This document shows positions 1 to 10,704 of a stretch of DNA of 64,000 nucleotides, in pieces. The stretch lies in NCBI GenBank assembly GCA_963786195.1, contig CAWAYH010000011.1, positions 374,781 through 438,780 on the forward strand. The letters are read 5' to 3'. The translations under genes were made by a program, and so were the position numbers. Each line of letters starts with the position of its first letter. The stretch's first letter is position 1. The notes beneath the pieces were generated by a model that saw nothing but the letters and a program-made list of their open reading frames with translations, was not told the DNA's origin and ran no database searches. This stretch comes from an uncultured Acidobacteriota bacterium (lineage in GTDB: Bacteria; Acidobacteriota; Vicinamibacteria; Vicinamibacterales; 2-12-FULL-66-21).

Positions 1-1294
1 ACATCGACACCTGTGCGACCAGGAATGCCGCCCGCAAGCGGCCGTGGCGCGGTCCATCGCCGCCGATCCCCCTGACGGCGCGGACGAGGTCGATTCTCGA
101 CATGGTCAGTGCCGGAGCCACACCGAACGCGAGCGTCGCCAGCACGGCGGCGAACACCGTGAACGCCAGCACGCGGACGTCGACCGAGAGCGGCAGCGCG
201 ACGGGAAATGGTGTGGGGAGCTGCAGCGCCCGGAGCAGGTTCGTCACCCAGAACGCGATCAAGACGCCGGCGGCTGCGCCCCCGAACGACAGCAGCAGGT
301 TTTCCGTGAGCAGCTGACGAATCAGCCGTCCGCGGCCCGCTCCGAGCGATTGCCGGATCGCCAGTTCGCTTTCTCGACCGGCGGCCCGCGCCAGTACCAG
401 ATTTGCGACGTTCACGCACACGATCAGCAGCACCACGGCGACGAGCGCCATCAGCACTCCTGTAAACGCGGCAACCGGCCGCGAGATCTCGGGATGCAGC
501 ATCGTGGCGCGGTACACGGTCACAGCCGGGCCTTGATCCGGCTCGCCCCTGGCCCGGCGCAGATCGCGGCCTATCGTGTCCAGCTCCGCCTGGGCACGTG
601 TTCGATCGACGCCGGGTTTGAGGCGCCCGACGAGGTGGAGGTTGGTCGTGTCGAGCCGCGTTGACGGATCCAGGGCGGGGCGCAGCAGCGCGTCGGCGGC
701 CAGCGGCACCCAGAGGTCACCCACGAGCGGTGCCATCATCCCGGTAAACTCCTCGGCTGCGACACCCACGATCGTGAACGACTGGTCGTTGATCGCCATC
801 GTTCGCCCGATTGCGTCCGGCGCGCTCCCAAATCGGCGCATCCAGAACGTGTACGACAAGACGACGGCCGGTGGGGCACCGGCGAGGTCGTCTGATGGAG
901 CCAGGAGCCGCCCCTGCGCCGGCGCGACACCCAGGACCGAGAAGTAGTCACCGCTCACGATCGTGCCGAAGGTGGCTTCGGTGTCCGCGTCGATGCGCAC
1001 CCCGAACGATTGCATCTGAAAGCCGGTCAGACTGTCCAGGCTCGAATTGCGGTCGCGGTACTGAAGATAGGACCGGTATGGTGTCGTCGAGAACCGATTG
1101 GAGCAGACGCGGACGAGGGTTTCTGGATGGGCGATCGGCAGTGGGCGGAAGAAAAAGGCGTTGGCGACACTGAAGACCGTGGCGTTGGCTCCGATACCGA
1201 CCGCCAGGACAACGACGGCGATCATCGTGAACCCGGGGGCTCGCACCAGGGTGCGAGCCGCATACTTGAGATCGAGACGCAGGTTGGAGAACAT
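1..1294 (-). CDS. FtsX/MacB-type ABC permease of the acidobacterial duplicated orphan permease (ADOP) kind; first ~430 codons only, 3' end lies beyond the window start
   Basis: Own minus-strand translation from ATG 1294 (GGAGGG 6 nt upstream): MFSNLRLDLKYAARTLVRAPGFTMIAVVVLAVGIGANATVFSVANAFFFRPLP...LIVCVNVANLVLARAAGRESELAIRQSLGAGRGRLIRQLLTENLLL. It stays open to position 1, so it is missing from the ORF track. Lies directly downstream of the PadR gene. Confidence 0.8.
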   Translation of the reverse strand, partial: MFSNLRLDLKYAARTLVRAPGFTMIAVVVLAVGIGANATVFSVANAFFFRPLPIAHPETLVRVCSNRFSTTPYRSYLQYRDRNSSLDSLTGFQMQSFGVRIDADTEATFGTIVSGDYFSVLGVAPAQGRLLAPSDDLAGAPPAVVLSYTFWMRRFGSAPDAIGRTMAINDQSFTIVGVAAEEFTGMMAPLVGDLWVPLAADALLRPALDPSTRLDTTNLHLVGRLKPGVDRTRAQAELDTIGRDLRRARGEPDQGPAVTVYRATMLHPEISRPVAAFTGVLMALVAVVLLIVCVNVANLVLARAAGRESELAIRQSLGAGRGRLIRQLLTENLLLSFGGAAAGVLIAFWVTNLLRALQLPTPFPVALPLSVDVRVLAFTVFAAVLATLAFGVAPALTMSRIDLVRAVRGIGGDGPRHGRLRAAFLVAQVSM

Positions 1295-1340
1295 CGACGA
1301 CCCTCCAGAGGCATCGTGAAAGTGGAAGTCCATGAAGCCG

Positions 1341-1691
1341 TTATCCCACCGGATCGAGGCCGGCGACGCGCTTGAGTGCCGTCAGCAGCTCGTGCCAGGT
1401 GTTGCGTTGCTGCGCGAGTACCTTGCGCCCCAGCGGCGTCAGACGATAGTAGCGGCGTCGGCGCTGGCCGGCCTTCTCGATCCAGCGGCCGTCGATCCAC
1501 TCACGCCCTTCCATCCGATAGAGCATCGGGTAGAGCGAGCCCACATGGAACCGCAGCATCCCGCCCGACCGGTCGTCGATCAGCCTGGCGATTTCGTACC
1601 CGTGCCTCGCGCGCTCCTCGAGTACGGCCAGAATCATCAGCTCGGCGCTGCCGCGCTTCACATCCCTACTCGCCACCATATATAGCGGCAC
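1341..1691 (-). CDS. PadR-family transcriptional regulator
   Basis: ORF 1341..1691: SAELMILAVLEERARHGYEIARLIDDRSGGMLRFHVGSLYPMLYRMEGREWIDGRW...RRRRYYRLTPLGRKVL, a typical PadR winged helix. Sits between two permease genes. Confidence 0.9.
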   Translation of the reverse strand: MPLYMVASRDVKRGSAELMILAVLEERARHGYEIARLIDDRSGGMLRFHVGSLYPMLYRMEGREWIDGRWIEKAGQRRRRYYRLTPLGRKVLAQQRNTWHELLTALKRVAGLDPVG

Positions 1692-1864
1692 AATACATTG
1701 TGCCGATGCATGAGGTCAAGGCGCACCGCGGCGCGTCGAGCGCCGCGCAGCATCCGAATTCGCACGATCTTTTCCCGATAACGGACATTGCTCTTTCGAT
1801 TAGCGCGCCGAAATGCGCCGGTCGACTGCGGCGCCTCTGGCACGCCAGTTGCGTCGGCGCCGGC

Positions 1865-4285
1865 ATGCCGTCAGAGCTGAAGCTCGCCATACGCAGCCTG
1901 CGTTCGCGCCCGCTGTTCTCGGTGATTGCCGTCGCGACGCTCGCGATCGGCATCGGATCGAGCGCCGCCGTATTCTCCGTCGTCAACGCGGTGTTGCTTC
2001 GGCCGCTGCCATTCCCCGAGAGCGAACGGATTGTCTCGCTCTACTCGCGATACCTGCCGTCCAGTGGCTACGACTTTCCGTACTTCGCCTTGTCCGGCCC
2101 CGAGTTCGCTGACATTCGCAATCGAGTGGAGGCGTTTGACGCCACCGCCGCGTACGATTTCGCCTTCCGCAACCTGGCCTACGCCGGCGCTGAGGCCGAG
2201 CGTGTCCTCACGATGCCTGTGACGACGGGATTCTTCGACGTCCTCGGCGTCAAACCGCAGGACGGGCGGGCGTTCACCGAAGACGAGACGCAACGGCGGG
2301 GCCAGGGATGCGTCGCCATCCTCGCGCGCGACGTGTCCAACAGGATGGGCATCACCGTTGGCTCGACGATCCGCCTGGATGACGCACCGTGCGAAGTCAT
2401 TGGCCTGTTACCAGAAGGCTTTGGCTTTCGCGACGACCGGGTAAAGGTCTGGACGACTCTCGCCATCGACACTGAGGAAACGCCGTCGAACCGCGCGAGC
2501 CATCCGCTGCTCGCCATCGGGCGGCTGCGCCCTGGCGTCACGCCTGAACAGGCGGGTGCTCAGCTGCAGGCCCTCCGCGCCTCCTGGTCCGGGAAATATC
2601 CCGATCACTACGCGACAGGACACTTCGCCGTCGTCCGCCCGCTGCAGGACGACCTTGTTGGCGATCAGCGCCAGTCGCTCCTGCTTCTGCTCGGCGCTGT
2701 CGTGTTCGTGCTCCTGATTGTGTGTATCAACCTCGCGGCGCTGCTCGTGTCACGCGGCGAAGCGCGGCGGCGCGAATTTGCGATTCGTCATGCGCTCGGC
2801 GCAAATCGCCGCGTCCTCGTCCGACAGCTTCTGGTGGAAGCGATGCTGCTCGCGGCGATTGGCGGCGTCGCGGGGGTCCTGCTGGCGAATTGGATGCTTG
2901 CTGGACTGCTCGCGCTCTATCCGCAGCGATTGCCCGGATGGCAGGCGATAGCCGTCGACTACCGCACCATGTTGTTCACCTTTGCGCTGGTCGCCGCTAC
3001 AGGGTTCCTCATCGGCCTGGTGCCCGCGGTCCACGCAACTGGCGTTCGGCTGCAGGATGCGTTGAAGCTGGACGCGCGCGCCGCGACGGCGACGCGGCGG
3101 GGTGTGAAAACGCGTTCGGCGCTCGTCGTCGGCCAGCTCGCGCTGAGCATTGTCTTGCTCGTCGGAGCGGTTCTGCTCATACGGTCGTACCAGCATCTGC
3201 AGCGAGTGGATCTCGGCATCGAGCACGACCGGGTGCTGACGTTCAGCCTGTCTGTGCCGCCGGGCCGTCAGCCAGATCCGGCCGCCGCACGGACGCTGCT
3301 GGCCGCGATTGGAGAACGTCTCACTGCCATGCCCGGTGTGGAGGCGGGGGGCGCACTCTCAAGCCTTCCGCTCGCCTCAGCAGGACCGCCGGATGACTTC
3401 GTCATCGACGGACGGCCGGCGCCGGCGCCGGGAAGCCCTGCGTGGAATGCCCGGTATCTCATGGCGACGCCGCCGATGTTTCGCGCGCTCCGCATTCCCC
3501 TGAAGCGTGGACGGTTGCTCAGCGACACCGATGCCGCCGGGCAACCGCTTGTTGCGGTCATCAACGAAACCGCGGCGCGTCTCTACTGGCAGGGCGAGGA
3601 TCCCGTGGGAAGAACGATCCGCTACTACCCACAAGAGACCAGCCCCTCGATCAGGATCGTCGGGATTGTGGGCGACGTCCGTTCGATGGGCGCAAACAAC
3701 CCGGCGCCGCCTGCTGTGTACGTCCCGCTCGCGCAGGCTCCGCGCCCTTCATACGAAGGCCGCACGATGAACTTCGTCGTCCAGGTGCGCGGGAACCCGA
3801 ATGAGTTCGTCGCGTCCGCGCGGGCGGCTGTTGCGGCAATCGATGCGGGCCTGCCATTGGCGAACGTGCGCCCCATGTCCACCGTCGTTTCTGCAGCTGC
3901 AGGCGAGCCGCGGTTTACGACCATCGTCATGTCGTTCTTTGCCGGAGTGGCGTTCTTCCTCGCAGCCCTCGGGCTCTATGGCATCCTGGCGTACGGCGTC
4001 GAGCAGCGCTTCCGCGAGATTGGTGTTCGCGTGGCCCTGGGTGCGGACAGCCGGGAGATTTTCCGGCTGATCATCGGAAACGGGATGGGTCTCGCGCTGG
4101 CTGGTGTCATCCTCGGCGTTCCCGCAGCGCTCGGTCTGTCGCGGTTGATGGGCGGCGTACTGTCGGGCATCACCACCACGGATCCCGTGACGTACGTCAG
4201 CGTCGTCTCGCTGCTGACGGTTTCGGCACTGCTGGCGAGCTACGTGCCGGCACGACGCGCGACCCGCGTCGATCCCATCACTGCG

Positions 4286-4300
<15 letters not shown>
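1865..4300 (+). CDS. FtsX/MacB-type ABC permease (ADOP-like, duplicated FtsX domains), 811 aa
   Basis: Track ORF 1376..4300. The conserved N-terminus [52 protein letters not shown] starts at in-frame ATG 1865. The 163 upstream codons are Arg/Ala-rich shadow overlapping the PadR gene. Two FtsX-like TM blocks ([20 protein letters not shown]...; [37 protein letters not shown]). Confidence 0.85.
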
Positions 4301-4864
<564 letters not shown>

Positions 4865-5855
4865 CGTTCAGGCGCTCGACGCTCGGACGCACGCGCGAGG
4901 GTCCCGGTTTCAATCGGCGCCGTGCGAATGCGATGCGCCAGCTCGATCGACGGGCCTCGCGTCGTCGATGCCGAAGCCACGGCCGGCGAGCACGTCCTCG
5001 TAGACACGGGTGTGCAGGTCGATGAAACCTTCGCTGAACTCGACGTCGGCGCCGTCGACACGAATCGACCGAAACGTCGTTTTTCCACCCAGGACGGGCG
5101 GTGAACGGCAGGTCGTCGATGATCGGTCGACAGGAACCAGCGGACGCGCGCCCGTTCGAGTTCGAGCACGCCCTCGGCCTTGCTCGACCTCTGCTCCGCA
5201 GGTGCACGGTGCAACGTTCGGACGGCGCCCGAACAGCCACAGGAGCAGGTCGAAGAAGTGGACGCCGATGTTGGTGACGACGCCGCCGGACCGCTCTTCC
5301 GAGCCCTTCCAGGAAACCGCGTACCAGTGGCCGCGGCCGGTGATGTAGGTGAGCGTCACCTCGTGCATCGGCACCGGCGACGCCTCGAGGCGCTCGTTCG
5401 AGCGCGACGAGATCCGGATGGAGGCGGAGCTGGAGCACCGTGTAGACTCGTCTTCCGGTTTCGAGTTCTATTTCCTGGAGCGCGTCCAGGTTCCACGGAT
5501 TGATCACCAGCGGCTTTTCGCAGATGGCGTCGGCCCCGACCCGCAGCGCGAGTCGGATGTGCGCATCGTGCAGGTAATTGGGCGAGCAGATGCTGACGTA
5601 GTGGATGCGATCTTCGTCAGGACCCCGCCGCAGCTTTTCCAGGTGCCGGTCGAACCGTTCGAATTCCGTGAAGAACCGGACGTCGAACGAGAAGCGATCC
5701 AGGATGCCGACGGCATCGTGCGGATCGGATGCGGCCATCAGCCGGTTGCCGGTGTCCCGGATGGCCTTGAGGTGCCGTGGTGCGACGAAGCCGCCGACGC
5801 CGGTCACGGCAAAATTCCGAGGTGTGGTCACGCGAAGAGTCCGTGTGCGCGACAT
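4865..5855 (-). pseudogene. Gfo/Idh/MocA-family NAD-dependent sugar oxidoreductase, WbpB-like; frame broken about 5 times as assembled
   Basis: N-terminus in ORF 4599..5855: FAVTGVGGFVAPRHLKAIRDTGNRLMAASDPHDAVGILD...ICSPNYLHDAHIRLALRVGADAICEKPLV. It continues in other frames: HEVTLTYITGRGHWYAVSWKGSEERSGGVVTNIGVHFFDLLLWLFG / GVLELERARVRWFLSTD / DDLPFTA / KTTFRSIRVDGADVEFSEGFIDLHTRVYEDVLAGRGFGIDDARP / SIELAHRIRTAP. The 3' boundary is approximate. Confidence 0.7.
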
Positions 5856-5919
5856 TCTACATCGGCGGATGTTACAGTGCTGCTATTCGTTCGACAGGCA
5901 CGCGACGCAGGAGACCCGC

Positions 5920-6873
5920 ATGCACGCGCGTTCGGCAGGCTCGCACGTCATCGTGACGGGCGGGGCAGGTTTCATCGGTTCGCATCTCTGTGACGCGTTG
6001 ATCGCCCGCCAGCATCACGTCACCTGCGTGGACAACCTGGTGGGGACGGCCGCCAGCACGGCGAACATCAGCCACCTCCTCGAACATCCCAACTTCGTGC
6101 AGGTGACCGAAGACATCCTCGAGTGGGCCGAACGGGCGGAGCTCAGGGACGTGGCGTGCATCTTTCACCTCGCCGTGTCCAAGAACGCCGTCTGCCTTGC
6201 GAATCCGGAGCGCGATCTCCTCGTCAACGCGCTCGGCACGCTGCGGCTGATGCGCGCGGCGGCACGCGATGGCGTGAGAAAATTCGTTCATTCGTCGACC
6301 GGCTCCGTCTTCGGCGAGATCGGCGTGCGGCACACGGATGACGCGCCCAGGCTGCCGGTCTCGTACTACGGGGTCAGCAAGCTGGCGGGTGAGTCGTACT
6401 GCCGCGTCGTGGGAGACATCTCCGGCCTCGACTACAGCATCCTGCGCTACTACCACGTCATCGGACCCCGGCAGGCCGATTCGGAGGTCGGCGGAGTCGT
6501 TCCCATCTTCGTTCGCAAGGCTCTGTCGGGACAGCCGTTGACGATCGATGGAGACGGCGGGCAGACGCGGTCGTTCACGTCAGTCCACGATGCGGTCCGG
6601 GCGAACCTCATCGCCGCGGAGCATCCCCAGGCCCGAGGCCGGGGTTTCAACTGCGCGTCTGGCGTCAGCGTCACGATCTCGGAGCTCGCCGACTTCGTGA
6701 TCCGCGAGACGCGAAGCCACGTCGGGGTCCGTCACGGCCCGGCCCGCGTCGGCGACATTCGCCATTTCGACGTGGACAGCAGCGGCTTACGCGAGCTTGG
6801 GCTCGAGTTCGACACCGACTGGCAGGCGATGGTCCGCGGCGTGATCGACTTCGCAGCGCAGGCGGCGGCTTAG
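5920..6873 (+). CDS. NAD-dependent epimerase/dehydratase (SDR family, UDP-sugar epimerase/decarboxylase-like)
   Basis: Track ORF 5605..6873. The conserved start MHARSAGSHVIVTGGAGFIGSHLCDALIARQHHVTCVDNLVG is at in-frame ATG 5920. YYGVSKLAGESY matches the catalytic YxxxK. Divergent from the WbpB-like gene. Confidence 0.85.
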   Translation: MHARSAGSHVIVTGGAGFIGSHLCDALIARQHHVTCVDNLVGTAASTANISHLLEHPNFVQVTEDILEWAERAELRDVACIFHLAVSKNAVCLANPERDLLVNALGTLRLMRAAARDGVRKFVHSSTGSVFGEIGVRHTDDAPRLPVSYYGVSKLAGESYCRVVGDISGLDYSILRYYHVIGPRQADSEVGGVVPIFVRKALSGQPLTIDGDGGQTRSFTSVHDAVRANLIAAEHPQARGRGFNCASGVSVTISELADFVIRETRSHVGVRHGPARVGDIRHFDVDSSGLRELGLEFDTDWQAMVRGVIDFAAQAAA

Positions 6874-6880
6874 CGGCGCG

Positions 6881-8419
6881 ATGCAGTTCGTTCTCGCGAA
6901 CAGGCTGCTGGACCTAGCGGGCGGAACCGAGGTGCATCTCGTCACGCTCGGCGAGCAGCTCCAGCGGCTCGGGCACCACGTCGTGCTCTATTCCCCCGTG
7001 CTCGGGGCGTTTGCGGAGCACGCGCGCGATCGCGGCCTCGCGGTGTGCGGCAATCCGGGTGAACTGCCGGACACCTCTGACGTCATCTTCAGCCAGGACA
7101 CGCTCGTCGCGTACCAGATCGCCGAACGCTACCCCGAGGCGCTCAGCCTCTTCAGGATCTGCAACGACATCTTCGACTTCGGGCTGCCCCCTCAGCTTCA
7201 CGGCGTCGTGGACCTCGTCATCGTGCTCAGCGATCGGTACGAGCGCCTCGCCCGTGCGAGCGCAGTCGCGGCGCCGGTGCTTCGTCTGCGCGTGCCCATC
7301 GACGTCGATCGGCTCGTCCCGATCGGCACGATTCGCGCGCGTCCCAGGCGAGCTATCGTGCTCGGCAACTACGACGCGCGCTTTCAACTCGTGCGCGAGG
7401 TCTGGGGTCGAGAGGGCCTCACGGTCGAGCACGTGGGCGGCGGGCAGCAAACGCATGATGTGGCGGCGGCGCTGGCGGATGTGGACATCGTGGTCGGGAA
7501 GAGCCGTGCGGCGCTCGATGCGATGGCGTGCGGGCGGGCCGTCTACGTGCTGGACATCTTCGGCGGAGATGGCTGGGTCACTCCCGATCGGTATGCGGCA
7601 TTCGAAGCGGACAACTTTGCGGGCCAGGCGACCGATCGCGTGATCGATGCGGCCGCGTTGTCTGCCGATCTCTCCGACTATCGTCAGGAGATGGGCGTCG
7701 TGAACCGTGACCTCGTGCTCCAGCATCACGCCGCGCACGATCACGTGGTGGCGCTACTGGACGCGATTGCCGGGCGCGCTCCACAGGGTCGAAGTCGAGC
7801 GCCCATGCAGGAGCTCTCGCGGCTCGCCAACCTGCAATGGTCCTGGCAGCGCACGGCGCTCGAGCTCCGGTCGCAGCTCGATGCGCGGCTCACCGCCGCC
7901 GCACGGCAGGAGGATGTGGCGCAGCCTGTCGGACGTCACGTGCTGGTGGGTCCTGAACGCTATTTTCTGGGCGCCGAGCCCGCGCCGTCCTGGCACCCGC
8001 CCGAGCAGCATCCTGGATTCGGCGCGTTCCGGTGGTCCGGCCCGGGCCGCCGGGCGAGCATCGCCCTTCCCATCGTGTTCGATCGGGCCGTCGATCTGAC
8101 CGTCGGCGTGTTCGCCGCGATCTCGCCTGAGACGCTGGAGGCCGCGGAAGTCTGGGGCAACGGCCAGCGGCTCACGCATGAAGTCGAACGCCGCTCGAAC
8201 GGGATGGTCGTGATCCGTGCTGGCGCGGAGCCCCGTGATGGAAACGGTGTCGAGCGCCTGGACCTCACCATCGTGGCGGAGACTCGCCGGCCTGTTGATC
8301 TCGGTCTGAACGACGACCGGCGGTTGTTGGGGATCGCGGTCGGGTGGGTGGATGTCGCGCCGCGTGGGGCAGGGCCGGGCACGGGGAGTCGCACGACGGA
8401 AGGAGCGCCTCAGTCGTAG
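6881..8419 (+). CDS. Putative glycosyltransferase (GT-B-like N-terminal ~300 aa) with a C-terminal extension of unknown function
   Basis: ORF 6881..8419. Starts 8 nt after the epimerase stop. GT-like pattern: ...VHLVTLGEQLQRLGHHVVLYSP...DIVVGKSRAALDAMACGRAVYVLD. The C-terminal part ends in ...RRPVDLGLNDDRRLLGIAVGWVDV. Assignment is by motif resemblance only. Confidence 0.55.
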   Translation: MQFVLANRLLDLAGGTEVHLVTLGEQLQRLGHHVVLYSPVLGAFAEHARDRGLAVCGNPGELPDTSDVIFSQDTLVAYQIAERYPEALSLFRICNDIFDFGLPPQLHGVVDLVIVLSDRYERLARASAVAAPVLRLRVPIDVDRLVPIGTIRARPRRAIVLGNYDARFQLVREVWGREGLTVEHVGGGQQTHDVAAALADVDIVVGKSRAALDAMACGRAVYVLDIFGGDGWVTPDRYAAFEADNFAGQATDRVIDAAALSADLSDYRQEMGVVNRDLVLQHHAAHDHVVALLDAIAGRAPQGRSRAPMQELSRLANLQWSWQRTALELRSQLDARLTAAARQEDVAQPVGRHVLVGPERYFLGAEPAPSWHPPEQHPGFGAFRWSGPGRRASIALPIVFDRAVDLTVGVFAAISPETLEAAEVWGNGQRLTHEVERRSNGMVVIRAGAEPRDGNGVERLDLTIVAETRRPVDLGLNDDRRLLGIAVGWVDVAPRGAGPGTGSRTTEGAPQS

Positions 8420-8781
8420 GCGATGCGCAGCTCCCTCGCCAGCGTGGCCAATCGGGGATCCATCGTCCACAATTTCAAGCGCCCGACAAGGGCCGACGCG
8501 AGCAGCTGCGCATCGACCCAGCCAATCCCGCGGCCGTGTAACCGGTGGTGGCGCACGAACGCGACGACTTCGACGTGAGACACGACTGGGGCCTGGTGCA
8601 TCTGCTCGTAGTCTGCGAGCAGTTGCTTGCGGCCACCCACGTCGCCCATCAAGAGTTCTCCGTACACGAACTCGTGTCCGGTGACTTCGTCGCGATCCAG
8701 CAGCTCGGCCAGGTCAGCCGCGTACGGCGCACGGTTGGAGAGGAAGCGAATCCAGACCGACGTGTCGACCAGAACGATCAT
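8410..8781 (-). CDS. vapC: PIN-domain ribonuclease toxin, VapC family
   Basis: ORF 8410..8781: MIVLVDTSVWIRFL...EFVYGELLMG...DAQLLASALVGRLKLWTMDPRL, with the acidic PIN signature residues. Overlaps the upstream antitoxin ORF by 4 nt. Confidence 0.85.
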   Translation of the reverse strand: MIVLVDTSVWIRFLSNRAPYAADLAELLDRDEVTGHEFVYGELLMGDVGGRKQLLADYEQMHQAPVVSHVEVVAFVRHHRLHGRGIGWVDAQLLASALVGRLKLWTMDPRLATLARELRIAYD

Positions 8782-8996
8782 GCCGCGGAGTGTCTGGCTC
8801 GTGACGGGCGTTCACGCCGCCGTCTGACCGCACGTGCGTGTGGCTCGGAGCCGCGAAGCGCGCGGAGCCGCTGGTACGCGCCGTGCCGGACCAACGCCTC
8901 GAGACCGAGTCGAACGGTCTCGGTATCCGTCCTGGCTCCCGATGCCGATCTGGCGTCACTCAACAGGCGCTCATCAATGTGCAGGGTCTTCTTCAT
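8778..8996 (-). CDS. vapB: Type II antitoxin, VapB-like (72 aa)
   Basis: Track ORF 8778..9044. The family-typical start MKKTLHIDERLLSDARSASGARTDTETVRLGLEAL is at in-frame ATG 8996. Its stop overlaps the vapC start. Confidence 0.7.
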   Translation of the reverse strand: MKKTLHIDERLLSDARSASGARTDTETVRLGLEALVRHGAYQRLRALRGSEPHARAVRRRRERPSRARHSAA

Positions 8997-9129
8997 CCAT
9001 ACGATTATGCCATACCTGTATGGTTCATGACTGCCCATCCTCATTCTCTACGGTCTCGCCCAAGCCAGATTAGGACGAACGATGAGCCGATCGGCCGAGG
9101 CATTGCGCATTGCAGCTGTGGAGGCTGCG

Positions 9130-9750
9130 ATGCCTAGGACGACCCTCCTGCTGCTTTCCTTTGTCGCTCTCGCCGGTATGCCGGCCGCTGCGCGCGCACA
9201 GACCATCGCTGCTGCGGCCGAGCTTTCCCCTTGGCTGAGGACTGGCGGCACGCTCGGCGCGACGGAACTGGGTTGGCTGAACGCGGGTGCGCCGGTCGAC
9301 TTCTCACCGTCCGCGCTGGGGCGATCGGTCGACGCTCAGCGTCAGGACGTCGATCCCGGAGTGACTCGGGGCGAGCGTGGGCGCCGATCGAGAAAAGGCG
9401 CGCTCATCGGGTTGCTCGTCGGAGCCGTTGCGTTGCCAACGATCTACGGCATCAGGACGGAGATGGTGTGCGGTCCCTACCGGGGCACGATCCACGCCTG
9501 CGATGACGAGTGGAGCCTGGGCACGACTATCGTCGTGTGTGGCAGTGTTGGAGCAGTCGTGGGAGCGGCGGTCGGAGCGGCCATTGGTGCCAGACTCACA
9601 CACCGCGACCCGGTGTTCGGCAATCAGCGATTGCGGTCTCGGCTCTCGATGGGCACGTTCATGAACGGCCGCAGCATGGGCTTGCGCCAGTCGTCTGAAG
9701 TGGTCACAATGACTACATGCCAGCGAATGTCGTCGGCGCACGTGAGCTGA
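9130..9750 (+). CDS. Hypothetical exported/membrane protein with a glycine-zipper segment
   Basis: Track ORF 9082..9750. GGAGG lies 7 nt before ATG 9130. Signal-like MPRTTLLLLSFVALAGMPAAARAQ; later GSVGAVVGAAVGAAIGA. The 3' end overlaps the next gene by 34 nt, so the true stop and frame are uncertain. Confidence 0.4.
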   Translation: MPRTTLLLLSFVALAGMPAAARAQTIAAAAELSPWLRTGGTLGATELGWLNAGAPVDFSPSALGRSVDAQRQDVDPGVTRGERGRRSRKGALIGLLVGAVALPTIYGIRTEMVCGPYRGTIHACDDEWSLGTTIVVCGSVGAVVGAAVGAAIGARLTHRDPVFGNQRLRSRLSMGTFMNGRSMGLRQSSEVVTMTTCQRMSSAHVS

Positions 9751-10004
9751 AGGTGCGCCTCGGTCGGTACCTTCGCCGGGTCCGGCTGGGACACCGGCTC
9801 GTGGTGACCGATCGCGGGCAGCCTGTGGCCGAACTACGACCCATTGGGGGAAAGGCCGGCGTCGACTCGCGCCTCGCGGAACTGGAAGCGAAGGGAGTGC
9901 TGACGCGTCCTACGAGGAAGCGGCTGACGCCGTTCCGACCGATCGAGGGACGTGGCGATCCGTTGTCAGATGCCGTGCGCGAGGATCGCGACGATCGGTT
10001 CTGA
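9717..10004 (+). CDS. Type II antitoxin, Phd/YefM (prevent-host-death) family
   Basis: ORF 9717..10004: VGARELKVRLGRYLRRVRLGHRLVVTDRGQPVAELRPI. Its TGA overlaps the ATG of the downstream PIN gene (ATGA-type overlap at 10001-10006). Confidence 0.8.
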   Translation: MPANVVGARELKVRLGRYLRRVRLGHRLVVTDRGQPVAELRPIGGKAGVDSRLAELEAKGVLTRPTRKRLTPFRPIEGRGDPLSDAVREDRDDRF

Positions 10005-10420
10005 TGCGGTACTGCGACGCCAGCGCGCTCGTAAAGCGGTATGTCCGAGAGAAGGGCAGCGTGAAGGTTCGCCGCCTGCTTTCGTCCGGCACAGCAGCCA
10101 CCAGCCGATACTCGGCGGTCGAGATCGCTTCCGCCCTGGCACGCCGGACGCGGAACGGCGCGTTGTCAGAGTCCGAGCGTGATCGGGCCCTGGCGGCGCT
10201 GGAGGAAGACATGACCGCGTTCATCGTCGTGGAACTGACCGGCGACATCGTGGTCCGTGCTCAGGCGTTGCTGCGCCGTTACTCGCTCCGTGCCGGTGAC
10301 GCCGTCCAACTCGCGAGTTGCCTTCATCTGCGCGACCAACTCGAGGACGATGTTGACCTGATCGCCTTCGATGATCGCCTGCTCGCCGCCGCACGGAGGG
10401 AGAAGGTGCGGCTCCAGTAA
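10004..10420 (+). CDS. vapC: PIN-domain toxin, VapC family
   Basis: ORF 10004..10420: MRYCDASALVKRYVREKGS...AVEIASAL...LRAGDAVQLASCLHL...LIAFDDRLLAAA. Translationally coupled to the Phd-like gene. Confidence 0.85.
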   Translation: MRYCDASALVKRYVREKGSVKVRRLLSSGTAATSRYSAVEIASALARRTRNGALSESERDRALAALEEDMTAFIVVELTGDIVVRAQALLRRYSLRAGDAVQLASCLHLRDQLEDDVDLIAFDDRLLAAARREKVRLQ

Positions 10421-10704
10421 GTGCTGCGGTCTGCGCAGACTAATCTTCCGGTCTCACCGTCCGCCGGACGTCGAGAGGGCGGGTACATGCTGCTGCAGAC
10501 GCAGCGAATGGAAGTGTTGCTCGGGGAGCGCTACGAGGCTACGCTGAGCGACATCGAGCGATACCTGAGCGGTTTCACATTGAGATGGACCAGATCCCCT
10601 GGGGTCCTGCCATTTCATACCGTGTAATGGGCGGAGGCGCGGGACCGGAGAGAAGATCCCTCGCCGGTCCCACAGTTGACTCTGTTCTTGGCAATCGCCG
10701 GAGT

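Noticed and set aside
10421-10627. 68-aa ORF in the low-GC stretch downstream of vapC
   Set aside because: No SD, no recognisable motif, and it overlaps other short ORFs. It may be a gene fragment of the decayed island, but this is unsupported.
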